From the NCBI GenBank assembly GCA_030605795.1, contig JAUWHR010000010.1:818-64817 (forward strand): 64,000 nucleotides of DNA, given 5' to 3'. This stretch comes from Anaerolineae bacterium (lineage in GTDB: Bacteria > Chloroflexota > Anaerolineae > Anaerolineales > E44-bin32). The position numbers and the translations under genes are program-made. Below are positions 1 through 9,457 of this stretch, piece after piece; the stretch's first letter is position 1, and the number at the start of each line of letters is the position of its first letter. The notes under the pieces were generated by a model. It was not told the DNA's origin and ran no database searches. It saw only the letters and a list, made by a program, of their open reading frames with translations.

Positions 1-88
1 CACTGTATCAAGCAGCCCGAACTAATCAGGTAGTTCAATTGGATTGAGCCTGCTTACGCAGATATCTATTGTGGAAATTTATATCTGT

Positions 89-209
89 GACTCCACCGAA
101 AAAAGGTCAACCGCGAGAAGGGAACCGGTATAAGTGGGGGTGCGGGCGCAGCCCGCCCCCCCCCATATACCCCACCCCGCTACTCGAGGGTAGTTTTTTC
201 AGTGCACTC
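89..209 (-). repeat. Family-C hairpin element (MITE-like, 121 nt), copy C1, inverted orientation
   Basis: Termini gactccaccgaaaaaagg ... tttttcagtgcactc with a central GC-rich hairpin (gggggtgcgggc / gcccgcccccc). Same architecture as 4551-4671, 20839-20959 and 22996-23117. Flanked by the short direct repeat atctgt / atctgg. Confidence 0.8.
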
Positions 210-288
210 ATCTGGATATATTGACTTTGCTCCCCTACCGAGCGCAAGCAATGTCGACTCTTCGAGCACTTCAGAAATAAGTAATCCA

Positions 289-1683
289 CTAACCCGCTTT
301 CTGTACCACGCTGCTCAACTCCAGCTCTTTGACTAGCGGTCGGCTGCGCATCCAGAGCCAGGCGCTCTGCGCCACTCCTCCAACACTGAATGCAAGCCAA
401 CCCACGAACAGCCCAGTCGTCTGGCCCCATAAGACGCCAGCTATCATAATGACACCGGTCATAAGGAGAGAAATCGCAACCGCTTCGGTGATTCCTCGTG
501 TGCGCCGCGAGTGGACAATTACCCCTTGAAACCAGCTCTGCAGGACACTCAACCCAGGCAATGGGAGCGCGAACCACAACGCATCTCTCGCTAACTGAGC
601 CAGCGGCGGGGCAAGCGCTGATACTTGCCCAAACCAGAAAGTCGAGAGCGTCGTCCCAGCGATGAGAATTATCAGCAAGGTCGTACCACCAACCATCCAC
701 GCTGCATAGCGCCGCAAAGAGCGGGTCGTGCCTGGTTCATCCAACAACGTCACTACGACCTCGTTGTAGGCCACACCCATACTGCGGAGCATGAAGATCA
801 TTCCAGAGACCACCGGCCATACCGCCAACGATTCCAGCGCCTTCGGCATTCGGCTCAGAGCTGCGCTGCCCAATGGTTGCGCCAACATGGTTAGTAGTGA
901 CGTCATCGCCAGCGGGATGTAGAAATTCAGGAAGGAATGCAGCGTGAGTGGGTCTTTTACCTGTGGCGCGATCCTGAGTTGGTCACGCAGCACGGGACGG
1001 ATCCGCCACCCAGCGTAGGCTGCCTCACATACCACACCCAAGGCGACAGCGGATCCGGCCACCACGATACCAGAGACGGTCCCTAGAAGGAGACCGATCC
1101 CTAGAACCACCCCATCTACGCTGAGCCGGATGACTGTTCCAATACTAACTGCTTCTGAATGACTGAAGCGTATTAAAGCCCCTTGGTTAAAACGACGATA
1201 CGCAATGGCCCAGGTCCAAGGTATTATCAGGCGTATACCTAGCCGAGCTGGCTCTACAATCTCGTCTGGTGCTCCGATGAGATCCACCACTACCAAATCA
1301 TAAAGCGGGGTGAAGGCGACAAGGACATGAATCGCGGTCAGTGCTGCCCCGGCGCTCATCATAAAGCGGCGCAGCTTGTGGTATGAGTCCAAATCTCTGC
1401 TCAGCGCCGTCGACGCCGCTAGCAGCATAATGATTGGCGCCTCAATGAGCAGCGCCAGCGGGAACACAACACCACCCCAGGCGGCGAGGTTGATCCTCGG
1501 ATCCGGCAAGCGCGCGACAACTGCGCTTAGCATGGGGATTTCGACCGCCATAAGAAGCCAACTGGCAGCAAGTGGCCACCAGGTCCGGAATATTCGTCGC
1601 ATGGGCATCGGGATTTTTTGCACAGTGCGACACCCAGGCATCTCTATCATATAGACCAGCACATTCGAAACATACAATTCCAT
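289..1683 (-). CDS. Polytopic membrane transporter, MOP/MATE-superfamily-like (possible glycan-lipid flippase)
   Basis: 464-aa ORF that is hydrophobic throughout, with about 12 or more predicted helices. Its ATG lies 4 nt after the stop of the upstream TPR gene, in an LCP-TPR-transporter operon. The family call rests on general resemblance only. Confidence 0.55.
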   Translation of the reverse strand: MELYVSNVLVYMIEMPGCRTVQKIPMPMRRIFRTWWPLAASWLLMAVEIPMLSAVVARLPDPRINLAAWGGVVFPLALLIEAPIIMLLAASTALSRDLDSYHKLRRFMMSAGAALTAIHVLVAFTPLYDLVVVDLIGAPDEIVEPARLGIRLIIPWTWAIAYRRFNQGALIRFSHSEAVSIGTVIRLSVDGVVLGIGLLLGTVSGIVVAGSAVALGVVCEAAYAGWRIRPVLRDQLRIAPQVKDPLTLHSFLNFYIPLAMTSLLTMLAQPLGSAALSRMPKALESLAVWPVVSGMIFMLRSMGVAYNEVVVTLLDEPGTTRSLRRYAAWMVGGTTLLIILIAGTTLSTFWFGQVSALAPPLAQLARDALWFALPLPGLSVLQSWFQGVIVHSRRTRGITEAVAISLLMTGVIMIAGVLWGQTTGLFVGWLAFSVGGVAQSAWLWMRSRPLVKELELSSVVQKAG

Positions 1684-1686
1684 CCT

Positions 1687-2943
1687 CTAAGACGTTGATG
1701 TAGGAGAGGGTGTTGCAGTTGGGGTGACCGTTGCGGTTGGTGTAGCTGTGGGGGTCATCGTCGCAGACGAGGTCGCGGTGGGAGTTGCCGTTTCTGTAGG
1801 GGTTCCATCGGTGGTCGCCGAGGCCGTGGCTGACATACTCGGTGAGGGGGTAAAGGTTGAACTTGAGGTTGATGTGACGGTGAGCGTACCCTCAGGCGTG
1901 CTTGTACCAGGGGTCATGGTAGATGTCGGGGTTGGTGTCGGCGCCGTCGCCGTCATGCAGATGATCGCCACTTCAGTTGCCGTTGGAGCAAGAATATTAT
2001 CATTCAAATGGGTGAAGAACTGCTCGTAATTATAAGTTGCCAGGCAGTATTGCTCTTCGTCCAGCAATTCATTGCCAAACTCGCGCGCCGCCCGGGCGTA
2101 TTTTGAACATGCACCCCAGATATTCGCCTTGCAGATTTGGCCCAAATATTCCGACGCCAAGCGCCAATCAAGACCATAATAACTATTGGCGAAAATGAAG
2201 AACTCCGCCGAACGCCGCCAACTAAGCGCCTGAGCATCCAGAGAGCCAAAGCGTTCTGCCAAGCTGAGGTCATATATCCCCTCTTCCAGCCGGCCCTGGA
2301 ACAATTTGTCCATCCCCCTGTTTCGCAACCCATAGCGCATAATTTGGTTGACCTCAGCCAGCCGAAAGTTTGGATCTTCTCCACGTAGGAGGATCAGGAT
2401 ATCCAGCGCTGTACTCCAATCCCCTCGGTCGAAAGCCGCTTTGGCGCTCTGGAACATACCCTCAAATGATCCCAAATCTGGCGTTTCAGTTGGAGTTGGT
2501 GAGGCGATAGGGCTCGCCGTGGGCGTTGGCTGGTTAAGCGCTTCTAAAGCCCGGCCGAGAAGTTCAGCCGCGCCCGGATAATTGGGGGCAAGGCTGAGGA
2601 CATATTCAAAACGATGTCTGGCGAGCTCAAAACGGCCCGCGAGCAAATCCTCCACCCCAAGGTCAAACTGCTCTTGACTAGCCTTTGCCACCATCTGGAT
2701 CTGTTTCGCTTGGCGCTTATCCAACCCGACGATGTAACCGCTGGCTGCTGCCCCGCCCCAGACCAAGATCACAAATACCGGAACCGCAATCAACCATATC
2801 CACGTAGTTTTGGGCTTTCCGGTCACATTGACAACCTGCATAGGTTGGGTGTCATCGGCTGAAAGCGAACCTTGCCTTGCAGGTGTCAATTTGGTCGCAT
2901 CGGATTCTGTCGGGCTATGCATATCCAAACTCCACATCGCCAA
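1687..2943 (-). CDS. Membrane-anchored TPR-like protein with Thr/Pro-rich C-terminal tail
   Basis: 418-aa ORF with one N-proximal TM helix (WIWLIAVPVFVILVWGGAAASGYIV) and TPR-like helical repeats. The last ~90 aa are almost pure T/P/S/A. The start is ambiguous: TTG at 2943, ATG at 2937 or ATG at 2922. Confidence 0.6.
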   Translation of the reverse strand: MAMWSLDMHSPTESDATKLTPARQGSLSADDTQPMQVVNVTGKPKTTWIWLIAVPVFVILVWGGAAASGYIVGLDKRQAKQIQMVAKASQEQFDLGVEDLLAGRFELARHRFEYVLSLAPNYPGAAELLGRALEALNQPTPTASPIASPTPTETPDLGSFEGMFQSAKAAFDRGDWSTALDILILLRGEDPNFRLAEVNQIMRYGLRNRGMDKLFQGRLEEGIYDLSLAERFGSLDAQALSWRRSAEFFIFANSYYGLDWRLASEYLGQICKANIWGACSKYARAAREFGNELLDEEQYCLATYNYEQFFTHLNDNILAPTATEVAIICMTATAPTPTPTSTMTPGTSTPEGTLTVTSTSSSTFTPSPSMSATASATTDGTPTETATPTATSSATMTPTATPTATVTPTATPSPTSTS

Positions 2944-4059
2944 TCATGGCGATGCTCCATCTGACAGAGAAGATGAGGCCGAAGGGCCGAAGGCGCTGGT
3001 TTCGGTGAAAATCAGGTCTCGAAGCCGGCGAATTTGGTCCGGCACTGGACGAAGCACCTTGGCGCCATCCGGCCGGGTGTTGAAACCAATCATGTTGGGG
3101 GGGGCAATAACCCCCTTCCGAATATTTTCACCTGGCACCTTCACCGCCAACAATGCAAGAGAGATCATCTGTTCCAAAGATAAGTTGGTTCTCACCCCTG
3201 ATGACAATTCCTGGTAGAGAGCCGGCGCCCTAGAGATGAGTATGGGGAGCATGTCAAGGCTGGCAACGCGTTCCAAAACTGCTAATAACACTTGCTGCTG
3301 CCGGTCTGCGCGTCCGAAGTCGTCACCGGCGCCTTTCCGCACGCGCGCATAAGCCAGCGTGTCAGGACCGTCCAGGTGATGAAGCCCAGGTTCAAGCCAA
3401 CGTTGATGCCCGCCGATCGCTGAGATCACGATCCGCTGTTTGACCTCCACATCGACACCGCCGAGTTCGTCAATCATCCGTTCAAAGGTTTGGAAATCTA
3501 TCACCGCGAAGTACTGGATCGGCACACCAAGCAGACCCTCCACCGTCTTGATTGCCAGATCAGGGCCCCCACCAGGTAGTCGGTAAGCCTCCCCAAACAT
3601 ATAGGCAGTGTTGATGCGATTGAAATTGAATCCCGGTATCTCGACCCACAGGTCACGTGGAATGGAAATCATCCCTGCCTGCATCGTTATTGGGTCAATA
3701 GTCACGAGCATCATGCTGTCGCTTCGCGGTGCACCCGCGCCTGCTTCCCAGTCTCGATAGTCAATCCCCAGGACCAGAAGAGTCACCCTAGCCTTCCCAT
3801 CCCAGGGCTGCGGCAATTCTAGAAGTTGCACCATGGTTGGGGTCGTACCGGGTAGTGGGGTGGTGGAGAGCCCCTGATCGACGACCTGGAAAGGATTCAG
3901 CCCGACACCGGTGTAGCCAACGGTGAAATCTTGCACTAGCTGGAAGATCACAATCCCTACTAGAAGAGTGCTCAAGCCGAAAGCCAGCGCCAAGGCGCGC
4001 AAGACCCAGGTGTAGCAAGAGATATTACCTAAACGCCTCTTATCTAGAGTTGATCGCAT
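2944..4059 (-). CDS. LytR-CpsA-Psr (LCP) family cell-wall glycopolymer ligase
   Basis: N-terminal TM anchor followed by LLVLGIDYR...RSDSMMLVTIDP...ISIPRDLWVEIPG, which is typical of the LCP domain. ATG at 4057-4059. Confidence 0.85.
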   Translation of the reverse strand: MRSTLDKRRLGNISCYTWVLRALALAFGLSTLLVGIVIFQLVQDFTVGYTGVGLNPFQVVDQGLSTTPLPGTTPTMVQLLELPQPWDGKARVTLLVLGIDYRDWEAGAGAPRSDSMMLVTIDPITMQAGMISIPRDLWVEIPGFNFNRINTAYMFGEAYRLPGGGPDLAIKTVEGLLGVPIQYFAVIDFQTFERMIDELGGVDVEVKQRIVISAIGGHQRWLEPGLHHLDGPDTLAYARVRKGAGDDFGRADRQQQVLLAVLERVASLDMLPILISRAPALYQELSSGVRTNLSLEQMISLALLAVKVPGENIRKGVIAPPNMIGFNTRPDGAKVLRPVPDQIRRLRDLIFTETSAFGPSASSSLSDGASP

Positions 4060-4093
4060 ATTGGTGAACCCATTGTAATATGCACTATTTTAC

Positions 4094-4280
4094 GTAACTA
4101 CTCAGGCATCGTCTGGAAATAGGCAGTTCTACTCACGAAACGGCTTTTTGATGTCATTGCGAGCCCTTCGATACCTCAGGGCCTTCGGCTCCGCGAAACA
4201 ATCTCCTGCCTTCAACATGTAAGCAACGGTGGAGATTGCTTCGTCACTTCGTTCCTCGCAATGACAGACTGAGTAGTTAC
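4094..4280 (+). mobile_element. MITE family B (187 bp), copy B1
   Basis: 12-nt terminal inverted repeats gtaactactcag / ctgagtagttac. Perfect 8-bp target-site duplication TATTTTAC (4086-4093 and 4281-4288). Near-identical copy at 39800-39986. Contains an inner gtcattgcgag ... ctcgcaatgac palindrome. Confidence 0.9.
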
Positions 4281-4550
4281 TATTTTACTCAATATTTACC
4301 CACATGTCGGGGTTGCCATCCGGTGATGCCAAGAAAACATCTATTCATGATCATTAATAGCCACCATCCTAGTCAATTTCTTTAAACACAACAAATTCAT
4401 ACGCCATGGTACCAGCACACCAACATAGTCAACTACCTACAAATACTATGATAAGGGATATACCTCCGCTCCAACAATACAACATCGAAAGGTTCACTTA
4501 GTACAGGATCGCTATCCCTACTATGACTATCGTTTGGCAGTAAGTTTAAT

Positions 4551-4671
4551 GAGTGCACTGAAAAAATTACCCTCGAGGAGTGGAAAGGGCTATATGTGGG
4601 GGTGCGGGCCGCGCCCGCACCCCCACATATACCTATCCTCTTCTCTCGGTTGACCTTTTTTCATTGGAGTC
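4551..4671 (+). repeat. Family-C hairpin element (121 nt), copy C2
   Basis: gagtgcactgaaaaaa ... tatatgtgggggtgcgggc-cgc-gcccgcacccccacatata ... ccttttttcattggagtc. Flanking direct repeat (g/c)tttaat. Confidence 0.85.
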
Positions 4672-4771
4672 TTTAATAAGCAATGGAGTGTTCGAGCCGG
4701 TTATCACCAGGAGAGCACCGAAAGAAAATGCACTCCCTCCGTGCTCCCCGTGGTTTTCACAACTGAGATTC

Positions 4772-6415
4772 CTATGACAAAACTGGCCCCGCCTCAACCA
4801 CTTCTGGTGGGCAGTCCGAGGCAAACTTTTTAAAGTTATCAATAAAACGCGCCGCTAATTGTCGATACTTGCTCATGTATTTCTCACGACTGGGCCAGGA
4901 GGATAATGGATCAAGCATTTCAGAAGGTACACCCTCACATGACAGCGGGATTTCAAATCCGAAGATTGGGTCGGTGGTGAACTCTTTTCCTAATAACGAC
5001 CCAGTCAAAGCGGCGTTAAGTATGGTGCGGGTATAGCCTATGCTAATCCGCTTACCCACGCCGTAAGGTCCCCCTACCCAACCGGTGTTCAACAGCCAGC
5101 AATTCACCCCATAGCGTTCAATCTTACGCCTGAGTAAATCAGCGTAATGAGACGGATAGTGCACCATGAATGGCGCGCCAAAGCAGGTGCTGAAGGTGAT
5201 TTCTGGTTCCTCCCCCAACCCCACCTCGGTACCGCCCACCTTGGCGGTGTATCCAGAGATAAATTGGTAGAGCGCTTGGTTCGGCGTGAGACGAGCGATG
5301 GGGGGCAATACGCCGGAAGCATCGCATGTGAGGAAGATGATGTTCTTCGGATGCCCGGCCATCTTTTCCTGAACCGCGTTTTCAATGTAATCCAAAGGAT
5401 AGGAGGCACGCGTATTCTTTGTTATCTCATCGTCATCCAAATCGATCAGGCGGGTAACCGGGTCGTAGATCACGTTTTCGAGAACGGTCCCAAAGCGTTG
5501 TGTGCAGGCATATATCTGCGGCTCGGCCGAGGGGGATAACTTGATGACCTTGGCATAGCACCCACCCTCAAAGTTGAAAATGCCCCGATCGCTCCAACCA
5601 TGCTCATCGTCCCCAATCAGCTTGCGTTTAGGATCAGCGGAGAGAGTGGTCTTGCCCGTCCCAGACAGACCGAAGAAGAGGGCAACATCTCCCTCATTCC
5701 CTACGTTTGCAGAACAGTGCATGGGCATGACGCCCTCCAACGGCATCAGGAAGTTCATTACGGTGAAAATCGACTTCTTAATTTCGCCGCCATAGGCCGA
5801 GACGCCGATGATGCACAGCTTCTGCTCGAAATTGATCGTGATGAACGTGTCAGTTCGTGTCCCGTCGATCGGCTGGAAGGCCTTAAAAGAAGGCACGCAG
5901 AGAACGGTGAATTGCGGCACATGTTGACGATACTCCTCCGTGCTTTTCGGTAGCAGGAACATATTGCGGGATAACAAGCTGTGCCAGGCATACTCGGTGA
6001 TGACCCTCACCGGCATGCGAAATTCCGGATCCGCACCAACATAGCAATCCTGCACAAACAGATCCCGTCCCTGGACAAAACCCTGCAGGCGGCTATATAG
6101 TTCGTCGAACTTCTCTGAAGCATAGGGACGATTGTACTCCCCCCACCAGATGTGGTTCTCAGTTGTCGCCTCGCGGACAATGAATTTATCATTCGGCGCT
6201 CGAGCAGTATGCTTACCAGAGGTGACGACTACTGGACCAAGGTGGGTGATTTTGCCTTCCCCGCGGAAGGTGATTTCCTCATACAGAGCCTCGGTCGGAA
6301 GGTTCCAATAAACGATATTTAAATTGGTCAGACCGTGGTTCTCCAGACCATAGTCACTCCTCAAGGCATTCGCTTCCGATTGGGCGGGGGTCTTGATGTT
6401 TAATAGGTTGTTCAT
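4772..6415 (-). CDS. pckA: Phosphoenolpyruvate carboxykinase (ATP)
   Basis: Collinear with ATP-dependent PEPCK. Kinase-1a loop FFGLSGTGKTTLS plus GDDEHGW and NTGWVGG motifs. The track ORF starts at TTG 6421; I prefer ATG 6415 (MNNLLN...). Confidence 0.95.
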   Translation of the reverse strand: MNNLLNIKTPAQSEANALRSDYGLENHGLTNLNIVYWNLPTEALYEEITFRGEGKITHLGPVVVTSGKHTARAPNDKFIVREATTENHIWWGEYNRPYASEKFDELYSRLQGFVQGRDLFVQDCYVGADPEFRMPVRVITEYAWHSLLSRNMFLLPKSTEEYRQHVPQFTVLCVPSFKAFQPIDGTRTDTFITINFEQKLCIIGVSAYGGEIKKSIFTVMNFLMPLEGVMPMHCSANVGNEGDVALFFGLSGTGKTTLSADPKRKLIGDDEHGWSDRGIFNFEGGCYAKVIKLSPSAEPQIYACTQRFGTVLENVIYDPVTRLIDLDDDEITKNTRASYPLDYIENAVQEKMAGHPKNIIFLTCDASGVLPPIARLTPNQALYQFISGYTAKVGGTEVGLGEEPEITFSTCFGAPFMVHYPSHYADLLRRKIERYGVNCWLLNTGWVGGPYGVGKRISIGYTRTILNAALTGSLLGKEFTTDPIFGFEIPLSCEGVPSEMLDPLSSWPSREKYMSKYRQLAARFIDNFKKFASDCPPEVVEAGPVLS

Positions 6416-6417
6416 AA

Positions 6418-7629
6418 TCAATCCCTTAATATCTTCCGGTCGCCAATATATATTTCGTTAGGCGACCCAGGATCCAAAGCCCATTTTATGCGTTCGATCC
6501 CCTTAGTGATGTCATTCACCGACCCCGCATAGCTCAACCTCAGGTGACCTTCCATCCCAAAGGCGACTCCGGGAACGGTAACCACCAAAGCCTTTTCCAA
6601 TAAGAACCTAGATAATTCGATCGAGTCATTGCTGTAAGCACGGAAGTCTGGCAGACAGTAAAAAGTACCAGACGGTCTAGTTACTCGTATGCCGTTGAAG
6701 GCGATTAACTCCTGCATCATCACATCGCGATTATTTTGCATCGTCAATCTCAGGTTCTCAATCACGCTCTGCACACCGGTCAGCGCACCCTCAGCTGCTG
6801 CCTGGGAGATCACCGAGGCGTTGGAGGTGGTTTGTGATTGGATATTTGTCATCACCTCCACTAGCTTCCTGGGTGCGACAGCCCATCCGATTCGAAATCC
6901 TGTCATCCCATAGACCTTGGAGACGCCATTAACCACAATTAATTTGCTATTCTCGAGGTCTTTGTCAGTGTACTTGTAGGCAATAGGGGCACGTTGGCCG
7001 TCAAAAACCAACGTATGGTAGATGTCATCCAGGATCAGGTAGATACCCTTCCGCTCACAGAACTCAACAATCTCAGCGATAAACTCCTCCGAATAGATGA
7101 CCCCCGAGGGATTGTTTGGGCTATTGACAATGATCGCTTTGGTGTAGGAGGTAACCACCCGCTCGATATCTTCTAATCTTGGGTGGAAGGTGCCATCCTC
7201 AGGCGTAACGATAACTGGTATGCCGTAGACCATCTTGACCATCTCTGGGTAACTGACCCAATATGGCGCCAGGAGGATGACCTCATCCTGCGGGTTGACA
7301 GTCGTAAAAAGCGCGTTGTAGATGCATTGCTTGGCGCCGGTTGAGATAATGATGTTCTCCGGCGCTACGAGCCTGTCGTAATGCTCTTCCACGAAGTGGA
7401 CGATCGCTTTCTTCAGCGACGGTAAACCATCAGTTGGAGTGTACTTCACATCGCCAGTATGCAACTTCGCCGCCGAACCCAGGATAGCCGCGATAGGAGC
7501 ACGATTCTTGGGCTCACCAATGCCAAGGTGTATAACAGGCTCACCCTTTTGGCGCAGGATTCTGGCTTCTTCGTTGAGCCTCAGGGTCGGCGACTCTTTG
7601 ATCTCCCTCGCTAGTTGACTCACGCTCAT
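6418..7629 (-). CDS. Class I/II pyridoxal-phosphate aminotransferase (aspartate aminotransferase-like)
   Basis: 403 aa. Carries SPNNPSG, the PLP-lysine context NGVSKVYGMTGFRIGW, and a C-terminal RLSYA motif. Its stop overlaps the pckA start region. Confidence 0.9.
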   Translation of the reverse strand: MSVSQLAREIKESPTLRLNEEARILRQKGEPVIHLGIGEPKNRAPIAAILGSAAKLHTGDVKYTPTDGLPSLKKAIVHFVEEHYDRLVAPENIIISTGAKQCIYNALFTTVNPQDEVILLAPYWVSYPEMVKMVYGIPVIVTPEDGTFHPRLEDIERVVTSYTKAIIVNSPNNPSGVIYSEEFIAEIVEFCERKGIYLILDDIYHTLVFDGQRAPIAYKYTDKDLENSKLIVVNGVSKVYGMTGFRIGWAVAPRKLVEVMTNIQSQTTSNASVISQAAAEGALTGVQSVIENLRLTMQNNRDVMMQELIAFNGIRVTRPSGTFYCLPDFRAYSNDSIELSRFLLEKALVVTVPGVAFGMEGHLRLSYAGSVNDITKGIERIKWALDPGSPNEIYIGDRKILRD

Positions 7630-7809
7630 TTGTAGAACTCCCTCAACCCTTCTGACACTTTACAATTCCATATAGCCTACCTCTTTAGGGTCACCTTGGG
7701 TTGACATAGAATTATTATAATGATTTGTTGGCCAATCTAACAGAGATGATTTTCACATCTTTAACATGGGGGATATCGTTAGCTAGGCCGATCTTCGTTC
7801 CAATTACCT

Positions 7810-9390
7810 TTAAACCTTCTTCTTACCATATCCTCCACCACCGGGTGTAAAGATGCTGATTACATCACCTGCTTGGATCTCAAGGGTGACCTTACCCGGC
7901 AACGTTCGTTCAATGCCCTTTCTGATCACCGCGTTGCTACCGCACTGTCCAGGATTTCCTCCCGCCAGTCCATATGGGCGAAAACGGCGTCGGTCAGAGA
8001 GTATGGTTACCTGCGCTTCGGTCAGCAACTTAATCTGTCGACAAATACCGTTGCCTCCATTGAAACAACCCTCCCCACCAGAACCCCGACGAATCTCATA
8101 GCGCTGCACACGAAAGGGGTAAGTATACTCAAGCGCTTCGATTGGCGTATTCATCGTATTAGTCATATGAGAGTGGATTGCATCAGCTCCATCCGCTCCA
8201 GGGCATGCGCCCATTCCTCCGCCTATCGTCTCATAATAAGCGTAGGATCGTTTACGCTCCGGATCCCACCCTCCGATCGTCAGATTGTTCATCGTTCCTT
8301 GACTTGCCGCTGGTACCTGATCGGGACATGCTTGAGCGAGAGCTCCCAACAGCACATCCACGATGCGTTGGGAAGTCTCCACGTTGCCCCCTGCGACTGC
8401 AGCCGGCGGTCGAGCGTTGACCAAGGTTCCCTCAGGAGCGACTATCTCAATCGGCACCAGGCAACCAGCGTTAGAGGGAACATCTAGTCCAATTAATGTC
8501 CGAAATACATATTGCGTGGCGGAGAGAGTTATGGCGTAAACAGCATTAATACAGCCCTTACGCTGGGGAGAGGTGCCCGAGAAATCGACAATGGCCTCGT
8601 CTCCCTGGATCGTGATGGCTACCGCGATGTCAGCTGGTTCTGGACTCAATCCGTCGTCGTCCATGCGGTCAATGAATCGATACGTGCCGTTGGGAAGGTC
8701 ACCAATCAGACGACGAGTCATACGCTCAGCATACTCAAGCAGCCCACTTATGTATTTTTCTACTTCCTGGCGACCATAGCGATTCACGAGCTCCCCCATC
8801 CGCTCAACCCCCTTATTGTTAGCAGCTATCTGCGCCCGCAGATCTCCCGCCCTCTCTTCCGGCGTACGCACGTTGGCAAGCAACAGGTCCATAACCCCTT
8901 GGTTAACCACCCCACCCTGAACCATCTTGAGCGGTGGGATGATGATACCCTCCTGATAAAGTTCGTTGGAGAGGGGCATAGAGCCGGGTGTCATACCTCC
9001 GACATCCGAGTGATGAGCGCGGTTTGCTGCAAAGCCAAATAGTTCCTGCACCCCGCCCTCGCCAATGAAAATCGGGCTTATCAAAGTGATATCAGGAAGG
9101 TGCGTACCCCCATGATATGGATCATTCAGGATGACAACATCTCCTGGCGAAAAGTCATATGCGCGGATACCTTCCTTGACCGACAACGGCATAGAGCCCA
9201 GGTGGACTGGGATATGAGCAGCCTGAGCGAACATTCGTCCCTCGATGTCAAACAGGGCGCAAGAGTAATCACGCCGCTCTTTAATGTTGGGTGAGTATCC
9301 GGTACGGCGCAACACCATGCCCATCTCCTCGGCAACGGAGGAGAATAGATGTTTGAAGACTTCGAGACGAACTGGGTCGAATGTGGTCAT
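7810..9390 (-). CDS. Hydantoinase B / 5-oxoprolinase family, B subunit
   Basis: 526 aa, N-terminus DPVRLEVFKHLF..AEEMG, full-length resemblance to HyuB/OplaH B-type proteins. Paired with an A-type gene upstream. Confidence 0.9.
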   Translation of the reverse strand: MTTFDPVRLEVFKHLFSSVAEEMGMVLRRTGYSPNIKERRDYSCALFDIEGRMFAQAAHIPVHLGSMPLSVKEGIRAYDFSPGDVVILNDPYHGGTHLPDITLISPIFIGEGGVQELFGFAANRAHHSDVGGMTPGSMPLSNELYQEGIIIPPLKMVQGGVVNQGVMDLLLANVRTPEERAGDLRAQIAANNKGVERMGELVNRYGRQEVEKYISGLLEYAERMTRRLIGDLPNGTYRFIDRMDDDGLSPEPADIAVAITIQGDEAIVDFSGTSPQRKGCINAVYAITLSATQYVFRTLIGLDVPSNAGCLVPIEIVAPEGTLVNARPPAAVAGGNVETSQRIVDVLLGALAQACPDQVPAASQGTMNNLTIGGWDPERKRSYAYYETIGGGMGACPGADGADAIHSHMTNTMNTPIEALEYTYPFRVQRYEIRRGSGGEGCFNGGNGICRQIKLLTEAQVTILSDRRRFRPYGLAGGNPGQCGSNAVIRKGIERTLPGKVTLEIQAGDVISIFTPGGGGYGKKKV

Positions 9391-9457
9391 CTTGCGTGTT
9401 CCTCATTAAGACATACGAAGGACAGAGAAAACCAACGTGATGCGTGAAGCGTGATAA

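Noticed and set aside
107-700. 197-aa minus-strand ORF overlapping the 3' part of the transporter gene in another frame. Similar shadow ORFs occur at 1724-2029, 8512-9042, 10653-11122, 12270-12863, 41644-42129, 44325-44894, 45432-45905 and 51766-52092.
   Set aside because: They lie inside or antisense to much longer ORFs with recognisable family motifs. Their sequences are low-complexity (Arg/Pro/Ser-rich) and carry no recognisable motifs.
1687-1990. The Thr/Pro-coding stretch as a DNA-level tandem repeat (VNTR or phase-variation tract).
   Set aside because: The codons are degenerate (ACx/CCx/GCx in an irregular order) with no exact repeating nucleotide unit. It is low-complexity coding sequence rather than a slippage-prone array.
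4580-4842. Short ORFs lying within repeat elements (4580-4777, 4633-4842, 22912-23130, 39707-39928, 39835-40047, 55397-55775, 57007-57192).
   Set aside because: Their reading frames are created by MITE and hairpin-repeat sequence that recurs in both orientations at unrelated loci. They lack ribosome-binding sites.
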